Shown here: piece by piece, positions 8,832 through 17,280 of the stretch
Position numbering within the stretch: position 1 is the stretch's first letter
How the letters are laid out: each line of letters starts with the position of its first letter
Assembly (NCBI GenBank): GCA_016186485.1
Contig: JACPLN010000002.1
Location: 1,548-65,547 of the forward strand
Source of the DNA: Candidatus Nealsonbacteria bacterium
Lineage (GTDB): Bacteria > Patescibacteriota > Minisyncoccia > Minisyncoccales > UBA6532
Direction of reading: 5' to 3'
Length of the DNA: 64,000 nucleotides
The notes under the pieces: generated by a model
The model's input: only the letters and a program-made list of their open reading frames with translations
Told to the model about the DNA's origin: nothing
Databases searched by the model: none
Program-made: the position numbers and the translations under genes

Positions 8832-8882
8832 TTTTTATTTATACTTTTTTGTTTTGTGTTTTAATCTTTTGGTTTAATTACT

Positions 8883-9827
8883 ATGATTATTCTTTTTTAC
8901 GGCGAAGATACCTATAGGAGCAGACAGAAGTTCAATGAATTTATCGGCCACTATAAAAAAACCTACAAAAACGGGTTAAATTTGATATTTATAGACGGAG
9001 AGACAGCCAAATTTCAAGACCTGAATGAAATTTGCAGCACCCTAGCAATGTTTAAAGAGAAAAAGCTGATTGCAATAAACGGCCTTTTCTCCAGCAAAGA
9101 ATTAAAAGAAAGGTTTATTGAAGAAATTGAAAAATTTTTAAAATCTAAATACCTGTTTTTGCTTTACGAAAACAAAAATATTCTCCAAAAAGACAGCCTT
9201 TTGAAAGTTCTGAAAAAGAACGCAAAGATTCAAAAGTTTGATTTATTAGAGGGACTGAAACTTAAGAATTGGATAAAAAAAGAATTTGATAGATATAAAG
9301 CTATTGCAGAAAAAGGCGTTGTTGAGAAACTGATAGAGTGTTTGGGAAGCGATACTTGGCGCATCTCAAACGAGATAAATAAATTGGTCAGCTATAAGCT
9401 GGATTCAGAGCCAATTAAAATTTCTTTAGGCGATCTGAATATTTTTTTAAAACCGGATATTGATGCGGAAATTTTCAAAACGATTGATTTTTTGGGATCT
9501 AAAAACAAAAAATCCGCAATTGAACTCTTCCAGCGTCATTTGGAGACGGGGGAACGTCCGATTTATCTTTTTTCAATGATTAATTTTCAATTCAGGAACA
9601 TTCTGGAAGTGAAAGACGCGATTGAGAGGGGGTACGATTACTACAAGATTTTAGATAAAATAAAGCTTCACCCATTTCTGATTAAAAAAAGCTACTACTT
9701 GGCTCAGAAATTCACCATAGATGAACTGAAAAAAATATATCAAAGGCTGTTTGAGGCGGATTTGAATATAAAAACCGGTAAAGTGAATCCGGAAACGGCA
9801 TTGTATATGTTTATCGCTTCTATTTAA
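8883..9827 (+). CDS. holA: DNA polymerase III delta subunit
   Basis: MIILFYGEDTYRSRQK at the N-terminus, with length and helical C-terminal domains typical of HolA. The similarity is weak and judged by eye. Confidence 0.65.
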   Translation: MIILFYGEDTYRSRQKFNEFIGHYKKTYKNGLNLIFIDGETAKFQDLNEICSTLAMFKEKKLIAINGLFSSKELKERFIEEIEKFLKSKYLFLLYENKNILQKDSLLKVLKKNAKIQKFDLLEGLKLKNWIKKEFDRYKAIAEKGVVEKLIECLGSDTWRISNEINKLVSYKLDSEPIKISLGDLNIFLKPDIDAEIFKTIDFLGSKNKKSAIELFQRHLETGERPIYLFSMINFQFRNILEVKDAIERGYDYYKILDKIKLHPFLIKKSYYLAQKFTIDELKKIYQRLFEADLNIKTGKVNPETALYMFIASI

Positions 9828-9832
9828 GGAAG

Positions 9833-10102
9833 TCAAACTCCCCCAGTTTTGTTTATCATTTTGGTTATTCTGGACTTTCTCCTGGCCGAAGTGTTCTTTT
9901 TGATGACATTTTCTTTCGCAGCTTTATCCAAAATTTTGTAGAGGGCTGGCAAAAGCTTTTTTGCTTCATCGGTTTTCTTTCCCAAAACAAGTTTTCTCAC
10001 CTCTTTAATAAGGCGTTTTATTTTATTTTTATAAACAAGATTATGGGCCTTTCGCTTTAGGCTCTGGCGAATAGCTTTCTTCGCGGATTTTGTTATCGGC
10101 AT
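9833..10102 (-). CDS. rpsT: 30S ribosomal protein S20
   Basis: MPITKSAKKAIRQSLKRKAHN..., a basic 89-aa protein with the S20 N-terminal signature. Confidence 0.85.
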   Translation of the reverse strand: MPITKSAKKAIRQSLKRKAHNLVYKNKIKRLIKEVRKLVLGKKTDEAKKLLPALYKILDKAAKENVIKKNTSARRKSRITKMINKTGGV

Positions 10103-10107
10103 ATTAA

Positions 10108-12066
10108 TTATTGTTTAACATTTTTTAGTTTTCTTATCAAGTCGCGGAGTTGGGCCGCTCGTTCAAAGTCAAGCTCTTTCGCCGCCTTTTTCATCTCTTT
10201 TTCCAGTGTTTTTATATCCTCCAGCTCCATTAAAGATAAAAAGTCTTCTGGCTGGGGAGTTTTCCCGATCGTCCATTCTCTTATTTCTTTAATAATGGGT
10301 TTGGGGACAATATCGTGCTCTTTATTATATTCCTCTTGAATTTTTCTTCTTCTTTTGACTTCTTTCATCGCAGATTTAATTGAGCCGGTTATTTTATCTG
10401 CGTATAAAATTACTCGGCCCTTAGGGTGCCTTGCGGCTCTGCCCATTGTTTGGATTAGGGTGGTTTCGTTTCTTAAGAAACCTTCTTTATCCGCGTCTAA
10501 AATTGCCACTAAAGCTACTTCCGGCAGATCCAAACCCTCTCTTAAAAGATTTATGCCGACTATCACATCGTATTTGCCTTCTCGCAGAGCCTGCAAAATC
10601 GCCGGTCTCTCAAGGGTTTTAATTTCAGAATGCAGGTAATTAGTTTTAATTCCTTTTTCCAGCAAGTTTTCCGCAATATCTTCCGCCAGCCTTTTTGTTA
10701 TAGTTACAACCAACACTCTTTGTTTAAGCTTGATCGTTTTTTCTACTTCTTGAATGAGGTCTTTTATTTGGTTCTTGGCTGGCCTAATTTCTACCGATGG
10801 TTCCAAAAGGCCTGTCGGCCTGATCAATTGTTCTACTATCGCTGGGGCAGATTTATTTTTTTCGTAAGCCGATGGAGTGGCAGACGCATATATTATTTGA
10901 TTGACTTTCTTATTAAATTCTTCAAAGGTTAATGGACGGTTGTCTAGGGCCGAGGGCAGCCTGAATCCGTGCTCAATCAGAGTTTCTTTTCTGATCCTAT
11001 CTTGGATAGACATTGCCCTTAATTGGGGAACGGTGAGATGGGATTCGTCTATCACCGCTAAAAAATTATTTTTTCCAAAACTTGTTCTGAAGTAATCAAT
11101 AAGGGTAAAAGGGGGATCATTTGGTTTCCTGAATTCAAGATGCCTTGAATAATTTTCTATGCCGTGGCAATATCCCGATTCTTTCATCATTTCCAGGTCG
11201 TAATTAGTTCTTTGTTCCAGTCTTTGAGCCTCAAGCAACTTTTTGCCCTTTTTCAGTTCTTTTAGCCTTTCCTGAAGCTCCAGCTTTATATTTTCAATAG
11301 CAATATCCAGTTTTTGTTGCGAAGTTACCCAGAATTTAGCGGGATACAACGGGTATTTGGCGGTCAGCGGTTTGTAATCAGCGGAGGCTGCGGCCGAAGA
11401 GATCAGAATTTTATTTATTTTATCCCCGTCTAATTCTATCCGCAGAAGTTTTTTGCCGGTGACCAAGTATATGTCTATAATGCTGCCCCTGACCCTAAAG
11501 GCGCCTGGTTTGAAATCATAGTCGTTTCTCTGGTATTGAAGGGAAATCAAGCCAGAAAGAAGCTCTTTTCTTTTCATCCTTTTGCCCGGCTTTATTTCCA
11601 GACTCGTTTCCCGATAGCTTTCGGGACTGCCGATGTTGTAAATACAAGACACCGAGGCAATCACAATGACATCGTTTCTGGATAAGACGTCTTGGGTGCT
11701 TTCATGCCTCAACCTGTCCAGTTCTTCGTTGACCTTCGCATCCTTTTCTATATATGTATCCGTCTGGGGGATATAGGCTTCGGGCTGGTAATAGTCGTAA
11801 TAGGAAACAAAATAGTGAACAGCGTTATTGGGAAAGAATTCCCTGAATTCCTGGTAGAGCTGGGCGGCCAGGGTTTTGTTTGGGCTAATAACCAGAGCGG
11901 GCTTTTGAGTTTCTTCAATTACTTTGGCTATGCTGAATGTTTTGCCAGATCCGGTAACCCCCAAAAGCACCTGGTGACTCGCGCCCGCTTTTATATTTCC
12001 CGTTAACTGTTTGATTGCCAGAGGCTGGTCGCCTGTCGGTTTGAAGCTTGATATTATTTTAAACAT
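10108..12066 (-). CDS. uvrB: Excinuclease ABC subunit B
   Basis: FKPTGDQPLAIKQL, Walker A GVTGSGKTF, DESH box VIDESHLTVPQ, helicase motifs, and the C-terminal UVR domain AAKELDFERAAQLRD. The start is taken at ATG 12066 (MFKII). Confidence 0.92.
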   Translation of the reverse strand: MFKIISSFKPTGDQPLAIKQLTGNIKAGASHQVLLGVTGSGKTFSIAKVIEETQKPALVISPNKTLAAQLYQEFREFFPNNAVHYFVSYYDYYQPEAYIPQTDTYIEKDAKVNEELDRLRHESTQDVLSRNDVIVIASVSCIYNIGSPESYRETSLEIKPGKRMKRKELLSGLISLQYQRNDYDFKPGAFRVRGSIIDIYLVTGKKLLRIELDGDKINKILISSAAASADYKPLTAKYPLYPAKFWVTSQQKLDIAIENIKLELQERLKELKKGKKLLEAQRLEQRTNYDLEMMKESGYCHGIENYSRHLEFRKPNDPPFTLIDYFRTSFGKNNFLAVIDESHLTVPQLRAMSIQDRIRKETLIEHGFRLPSALDNRPLTFEEFNKKVNQIIYASATPSAYEKNKSAPAIVEQLIRPTGLLEPSVEIRPAKNQIKDLIQEVEKTIKLKQRVLVVTITKRLAEDIAENLLEKGIKTNYLHSEIKTLERPAILQALREGKYDVIVGINLLREGLDLPEVALVAILDADKEGFLRNETTLIQTMGRAARHPKGRVILYADKITGSIKSAMKEVKRRRKIQEEYNKEHDIVPKPIIKEIREWTIGKTPQPEDFLSLMELEDIKTLEKEMKKAAKELDFERAAQLRDLIRKLKNVKQ

Positions 12067-12104
12067 ATAGTAATAATTAGTTAGCACATTTAAAGGTGTG
12101 TTAA

Positions 12105-12800
12105 TTGATAAAAGCAATTTTGATAGATGCGATGTTCACCATTTGGGAACCGATTCACAAAGACAGATATTACCTTTACAGGAACTTTATTCAAGAAGCT
12201 TTGGGGAGAAGGGTGTCAATATCGCTTCTCAGGGAGGTTTACCAAAGAAAACGCAACGAGTTTTATCCTAACGATTACCCCAGCTATACGAAAAGATGGA
12301 TGACCATTAATTATCATGTATTAGAATCGCTTTTTCCGGACCTTAAAGAAGAAAAAATCCTGGAGATGGCAAGAGATCTGACAAGTCTGATTCTATCGCC
12401 AAAGCCGTTTAGGGTAAAGAGAGACACTAGAATATTTTTAAAGCAGGCCAAAGAGCGAGGACTAAAAGTAATAATTGCCTCTAACAATTCAGGCGGAAGA
12501 TTGAGGGCCTTGCTGGAAAACTTTTCCTTAAATAAATTGATTGATTCAGCCTACGCCTCTTCTGACATTGGCCTTGAAAAGCCCGATGTTGATTTCTTCA
12601 AACATATATTAAAAAAAGAGAGCCTTAAACCAGAAGATTGCGTGATGATTGGAGATAATCTAGACCACGACGTTAAGGCTCCGAAAAGCATGGGAATTAC
12701 GGGAGTTCTTTACAATCCAAACAGAGAACACAAAGACTATGCCGGATACACAGTTTCAAAATTAACAGATGTTTGGCAGCTTGACCCATTTAAGAGCTGA
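12105..12800 (+). CDS. HAD-superfamily hydrolase
   Basis: Motif I LIDAMFT, motif II IASNNS, and motif IV MIGDNLDHD. TTG start. The 3' end overlaps the convergent gene by 64 nt. Confidence 0.7.
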   Translation: MIKAILIDAMFTIWEPIHKDRYYLYRNFIQEALGRRVSISLLREVYQRKRNEFYPNDYPSYTKRWMTINYHVLESLFPDLKEEKILEMARDLTSLILSPKPFRVKRDTRIFLKQAKERGLKVIIASNNSGGRLRALLENFSLNKLIDSAYASSDIGLEKPDVDFFKHILKKESLKPEDCVMIGDNLDHDVKAPKSMGITGVLYNPNREHKDYAGYTVSKLTDVWQLDPFKS

Positions 12801-13837
12801 TATCGGCTCTTTTTTATTTTATCTGCGAATTCTAAAAATTCTTTCCAGGATTTGAGGCAAACCCATTTGCCAGAATGATTTTTTCCTTTGCGGCAGCCAA
12901 ACAAAGCCAGGTGGGGCACAATGGAAGCCATAGAACTTAAGACAATGCTTTTGTCGTCCAAGAAAATGTCTATCCCCAATTTTTTTGCCAGAACAGCTTT
13001 TTCTTTTTCTTCTTTGACGAAATACACCCTGTTTTCCGGAATTAGGCTAAAAATATTATGAATTTTCAGCCAATCTAAGGCTAATTTAGACTCTTTTCTT
13101 TTTGAGATAATATACAAATCCGTGTCCCAGCATTTTAATCCACTTATTGATTCTAAAGAAAACGGCATTGGCCCGGCTTTTAAAGATATTTTCCCATACA
13201 GCTCCTTTTTTAATGCTTTGTATTGTTCTTTAGGAATTAAAGTTTTAAGCTTTTCGGAGCCGACATCCTCTTTTTTAACGCTAAACCCAAGTTTTTTCGC
13301 CAGCATCATTTTATTTTCAGAGTGGTCTATAATAACTCCGTCTAAATCAAGGCCGATTTTAAATAAAGGCATTTTTTTATTTCCAAAAGACGTGTCAAAT
13401 ACCGAGTGGGGCTCGGTTATTTTTTGAAACCCTCTTTTTACAATTTGATAATGTTTAAAAAGGGCTTGGCTTGCGTCCCCCTTTCTTTTTAAGAGCCTGT
13501 CTTTGATTATGCATTCCTTGCAAACGGCTTCTATGATATAAAAATCAGCCCCTGCTTTTTTGGCAATTTTTTTAGCTGCGTTTCTGTGCATTTTTTTTGC
13601 AAAAGTAGCGTCAAGGACAACCGATTTCCCGGAAGCTAAAGCGGTTTTAGTTCTTCTAAGCATTTCTTCATATACTTTTCCCATGTCTTTTTGCGCGTAA
13701 GGAGGCTTTGGATTATTAAAAATCACCCTCCTAATCACATCCGTTCTTAAGAGCAGGGCGCCTTTCTTTTTTGAGATATATTTGGCTATTGTGGTTTTAC
13801 CGCTCCCTGGGAGACCGGCTGTTAAAATAAGCTCCAT
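12737..13837 (-). CDS. Fusion protein: N-terminal P-loop kinase (AAA_33/T4-Pnk-like) and C-terminal HAD/NT5C-like phosphatase
   Basis: Walker A GLPGSGKTT, LRTDVIRR, VVLDATF and GDASQALF in the N-terminal half. The C-terminal half has the DxDG motif IGLDLDGVIIDH and FLDDK. Confidence 0.7.
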   Translation of the reverse strand: MELILTAGLPGSGKTTIAKYISKKKGALLLRTDVIRRVIFNNPKPPYAQKDMGKVYEEMLRRTKTALASGKSVVLDATFAKKMHRNAAKKIAKKAGADFYIIEAVCKECIIKDRLLKRKGDASQALFKHYQIVKRGFQKITEPHSVFDTSFGNKKMPLFKIGLDLDGVIIDHSENKMMLAKKLGFSVKKEDVGSEKLKTLIPKEQYKALKKELYGKISLKAGPMPFSLESISGLKCWDTDLYIISKRKESKLALDWLKIHNIFSLIPENRVYFVKEEKEKAVLAKKLGIDIFLDDKSIVLSSMASIVPHLALFGCRKGKNHSGKWVCLKSWKEFLEFADKIKKSRYQLLNGSSCQTSVNFETVYPA

Positions 13838-13883
13838 AATTAAAATCTATCATTTATGGTGAGCTTGTCGAACCATTATCAAT

Positions 13884-13909
13884 TAAAAAACCCAGACGAT
13901 TTATCTGGA
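13884..13909 (-). terminator. Rho-independent terminator after the ParB-like gene
   Basis: Stem CCAGA/TCTGG (13892-13908) lies directly after the stop at 13911-13913. On the minus strand it is followed by TTTTTT (complement of 13885-13890). Confidence 0.55.
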
Positions 13910-13910
13910 T

Positions 13911-14612
13911 TTATCCATCTATCCCAAGGTGTTTTAGGTCGCGGAATAGGCCTGTCTTGAGCCCAAAGTAGCGTTCATTGATATCGCTCGGTTTTTCCTG
14001 CAGATCAATGACTTTAATTGAGGACCAGGGCATTAAATCGCACGGAAAAGGGTGTGATACCCCGCTTACAACTATTGAATTTATCATGGGCTTAATCTGT
14101 TTTGTTATGTAGTTTCGGTGAATACCGTCCATAACCACTAAATCTTTTCTGTGCCGTTCAACGATCGGAGGAAGATAGAGCGCCATAGAATCGATGCCGT
14201 TCAAGTTCTTGCCAAAAATAAAATAGGTCCCCAATTCGCTAAGGCCGCTGGCAACTGAAAAATGTTTGAAGAGAGAAGCCACGTTTTCCACTAGAGACTG
14301 ATAGTTCTGGCGGTATACGAACCTCTGTCCTATTTTGAGTTGGCGCGGATCAAGATTTATCATTTCAATTGTGGCTTTTTTAAACACCTTTTTTCCATCA
14401 ATAGTTTTTATTTCCCGCAGAATATCCAACAACACATCAAATGGCATGGGGATTAAGGCATCGATTATTTTAATGTCCCGCAGGGGAATGACCTGTTGAA
14501 CGAGGCGGGTATCGGGAAGGTGGATTTTCTTTGCGAAATCCTCGGGACCGTCAATGTTCAGCCGCTTCCAAAAGTCTTGTACTTGTATTATCCATTCTGG
14601 CACCATTCTCAC
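13911..14612 (-). CDS. ParB/sulfiredoxin-fold domain protein, function unknown
   Basis: LYLPPIVERHRKDLVVMDGIHRNYI matches the P-I-x-V...x-D-G-x-H-R core of ParB-like nuclease/Srx domains. No HTH or other domain was recognised. Confidence 0.6.
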   Translation of the reverse strand: MRMVPEWIIQVQDFWKRLNIDGPEDFAKKIHLPDTRLVQQVIPLRDIKIIDALIPMPFDVLLDILREIKTIDGKKVFKKATIEMINLDPRQLKIGQRFVYRQNYQSLVENVASLFKHFSVASGLSELGTYFIFGKNLNGIDSMALYLPPIVERHRKDLVVMDGIHRNYITKQIKPMINSIVVSGVSHPFPCDLMPWSSIKVIDLQEKPSDINERYFGLKTGLFRDLKHLGIDG

Positions 14613-14678
14613 CTTTTAAAGTTACTAATGTCAGTATATCCAAGAAATGGAAAAGCGCAAACATGTTATAATAATATA

Positions 14679-15239
14679 ATGATTTACTTTCTTGAAGGAA
14701 AACCGGTTTTAAAAGGAAATAACTTTATTGTTTTGGAGGTCAACGGGCTGGGGTATAAAGTTTTTTTGTCCGCAAATAACCTGCAAAGGGTTGAAGAAAG
14801 CGAAAAAGCCATTAAGCTCTTTACCTCTTTGCGCTTAAAAGAAGACGCCCTTGAGCTTTACGGGTTTTTAAACCAAAAAGAGCTTGGGCTTTTTGAAACC
14901 CTGAACGAGGTTCAAGGAATCGGGCCAAAAGCCGCCTTGGTTCTTTCTTCGGTTGGCTCTCCAGAAGATTTTAGAAAGGCCATAGAAGAAGGAGACGCAA
15001 AATTCTTTGCCGGAATCAAAGGAATAGGCGCAAAAAAAATCCAGAAAATCATTTTAGAGCTTACGGGCAGGTTTAAAGAGCTTAAAAAAGAAGACAACAA
15101 GGAAACGGATGATGCATTAGACGTTTTAATCTCTCTCGGTTTTTCTCGCCAAAAAGCAAAAGAAGCCCTAGATAAGGTTTCTCTGGAAACAAAAGAAGCA
15201 GACCAGAGAGTTAAAGAAGCCCTAAAGATTTTAAGGTAG
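14679..15239 (+). CDS. ruvA: Holliday junction DNA helicase subunit RuvA
   Basis: MIYFLEGKPV...VLEVNGLGYKVF (OB domain) and HhH motifs VQGIGPKAA and IKGIGAKKIQKI. The start is taken at ATG 14679. The ORF-track extension overlaps the convergent gene. Confidence 0.85.
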   Translation: MIYFLEGKPVLKGNNFIVLEVNGLGYKVFLSANNLQRVEESEKAIKLFTSLRLKEDALELYGFLNQKELGLFETLNEVQGIGPKAALVLSSVGSPEDFRKAIEEGDAKFFAGIKGIGAKKIQKIILELTGRFKELKKEDNKETDDALDVLISLGFSRQKAKEALDKVSLETKEADQRVKEALKILR

Positions 15240-15251
15240 GGCGGTATTTTT

Positions 15252-15280
15252 TTGACAGGGTCTGAGAGTTAGGCTATAAG
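15252..15280 (+). promoter_or_regulatory. Sigma70-like promoter TTGACA-17 nt-TATAAG
   Basis: TTGACA at 15252-15257, a 17-nt spacer, and TATAAG at 15275-15280, upstream of the 15299 gene. Confidence 0.5.
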
Positions 15281-15298
15281 GAAGCAGTGGGCTGAACT

Positions 15299-15787
15299 TT
15301 GACAAAAGAAGAAAAAGAGCTTAGGAAAAAAAGGCATAGCCGTTTAATAACGGTTATTGCATTGGCAGTGGTTTCTGTTTCTTTAATTAATGTTTCTTTG
15401 GTTAACGCCTCTTTAACCGTGCTGGCCGCAGTAAATACAAACCTAGAAATCAACATTTTTTATGATACGCAGTTTCTCAGTTATCAGGTCGCTACGTTAA
15501 GGTTGCCGAAAGCTGATTTGGGCCAGGCAGGGACCGAGAAGGCCGTAAAACTTTTAAAGGAAGGATTAAACCATCTTAGGGAAGCAGAAGCTCTTTCGGT
15601 AAAATCCGATAGCGTCTTATCAGAGATGATAGAACAGCAAAAAAAAATGCGTTCAATTGAGTTTCCAATTGCGGTCGTTGCAGTATTTCTGAAGATAGAA
15701 GAGTTCAAAAAAATAACTAAAGAGGTCCAAAAAGAACTGGATCAAAGCGAGTATTATCTTTCAGAAGCCAATAAGCTTCTTGGTTAG
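15299..15787 (+). CDS. Hypothetical membrane-anchored helical protein
   Basis: TTG start, an N-terminal TM segment (LITVIALAVVSVSLINVSLV), then predicted helices. No recognisable family. Confidence 0.55.
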   Translation: MTKEEKELRKKRHSRLITVIALAVVSVSLINVSLVNASLTVLAAVNTNLEINIFYDTQFLSYQVATLRLPKADLGQAGTEKAVKLLKEGLNHLREAEALSVKSDSVLSEMIEQQKKMRSIEFPIAVVAVFLKIEEFKKITKEVQKELDQSEYYLSEANKLLG

Positions 15788-15789
15788 CA

Positions 15790-15817
15790 CCCTATCTTAA
15801 CAAAGACAGGGTTTTTT
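15790..15817 (+). terminator. Rho-independent terminator (possibly leaky, internal to the operon)
   Basis: A 9-bp stem CCCTATCTT/AAGACAGGG with one mismatch, loop AACA, then TTTTTT. Confidence 0.55.
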
Positions 15818-15894
15818 AATATTTTGCGCTTGACGAGACTTTTATTTTTTGGTAGGGTGCACAAGGAAAGCGTTCCTTGAAAAGTGAATAGGCG

Positions 15895-17274
15895 ATGAAT
15901 AAATTGAGAGAAAATAACAGGAAAGGAAAAGTAATTCTAGCGCTGATAATAATAACGATTTCGTTCTCCATATTTGCAGGCAGGACCAATGCCGAATACC
16001 CGCAGTATAGGCCGGCGCTCAAGGCCGGAACCTGGATGGAATACGAGTTCAAGTTTTATCCTGACATTGAGAGGATGCGTTTGGAGGTGTTGGAGGTAAG
16101 AGATTACGATCTTTTGCTGAAAGTCACAACTTTCTATAGAGATGGTAAAACAACAATTGAAGAAAAGTTTTTCTCCGTCGGAGTTCAAACCGAAAGAGTG
16201 GGTACAGAAGTCATAATTCCTCTTAATTCCAGCGACAATTGGCAGTCAATAAAGGGAAAAAATGAAATAAAACCAAAATCAGATCATTTAAGTCTTTACT
16301 TAACTCCAGACAGCGAAACGGGGTACAGTGAGGTATTATATTCATTTAATACTCCCCAGGGCCTTAATAAAGATTTCCTTGTGTGGATAGAGTTGGAAAA
16401 TAAAACCAAGGGCGAAAAGTATTCAATGATCTACGAAGATAAAAACGGAGAGGTTAAGGTAAAAGATTTATTCTTTTCAGAACCAGCAGATCCGAGGATA
16501 AAAGTTTATGCATACAAAGACACATCCTCGCTTACTTCTGCGCCCGGATATTTAGATTACGGAGTTAGCTCTACTGGCGTAGCGGGCATAGACTCAAAAT
16601 CCATAAGCAAAGTCAGATTTGTTTATTCCGCCAATAAAACAACAGGGATTGAAGCCAGGGAATTTAAACTTAAAGCATTCGTTTTCTATCAGAGGATAAC
16701 CGCTGATGGCGAAGAATATGTCTTCGGGACAAAAACCCATAGAATTGGAGAATTGATCTTTCCGGTAATAGGCGGGGCGCTTAAAAACCAAGAACAAATT
16801 TACCCAGACCTCAAGACATCCATTGGCGGAGAATTTAACGATTTGGTTGGGCTCAAAGACTTCAGAACTTTCCGAGACCACTTTGGCTATTTGGAATACT
16901 CAGGGCCTGTTCCGGTCAAAGGGTGGTACTGGGACAAGCAAACAGGCATACTGATAGGCTACTTTGACGCCTCCGGCACGCCCAGGAAAATTAATTTGAA
17001 AGACACGAACGCCTGGGACGGGCCGGACTTTATGGGCTCCGTTTTCGTAGAGTACCGCATTGTTGTCGGCATAATATGGGCAAATATCGGTTGGCCGATC
17101 GGGGCCGCCATTGTTTTTCCTCTATCTTATCTAGGTTTCTTTATCTACGACAAAGCCACGCGGAAAGAATTATCAACCTGGAAGCAGTGGCTGCCATGGG
17201 TTCTGATAATGTTAATACCGACAGTTGTTATGATATTATTTTGGGTATATATTTTCCCAAATATCAACAGGTGA
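15895..17274 (+). CDS. Hypothetical exported protein with signal peptide and C-terminal multi-TM anchor
   Basis: An N-terminal signal-like segment ILALIIITISFSIFAGRTNA, a long beta-rich body, and C-terminal hydrophobic helices (IVVGIIWANIGWPIGAAIVFPL, WVLIMLIPTVVMILFWVYIF). Confidence 0.7.
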   Translation: MNKLRENNRKGKVILALIIITISFSIFAGRTNAEYPQYRPALKAGTWMEYEFKFYPDIERMRLEVLEVRDYDLLLKVTTFYRDGKTTIEEKFFSVGVQTERVGTEVIIPLNSSDNWQSIKGKNEIKPKSDHLSLYLTPDSETGYSEVLYSFNTPQGLNKDFLVWIELENKTKGEKYSMIYEDKNGEVKVKDLFFSEPADPRIKVYAYKDTSSLTSAPGYLDYGVSSTGVAGIDSKSISKVRFVYSANKTTGIEAREFKLKAFVFYQRITADGEEYVFGTKTHRIGELIFPVIGGALKNQEQIYPDLKTSIGGEFNDLVGLKDFRTFRDHFGYLEYSGPVPVKGWYWDKQTGILIGYFDASGTPRKINLKDTNAWDGPDFMGSVFVEYRIVVGIIWANIGWPIGAAIVFPLSYLGFFIYDKATRKELSTWKQWLPWVLIMLIPTVVMILFWVYIFPNINR

Positions 17275-17280
17275 GAGACA

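Noticed and set aside
14496-14678. The 61-codon N-terminal extension of ruvA given by the ORF track.
   Set aside because: The extension overlaps the convergent ParB-like gene, has no RuvA similarity, and the canonical MIYFLEG start is at 14679.
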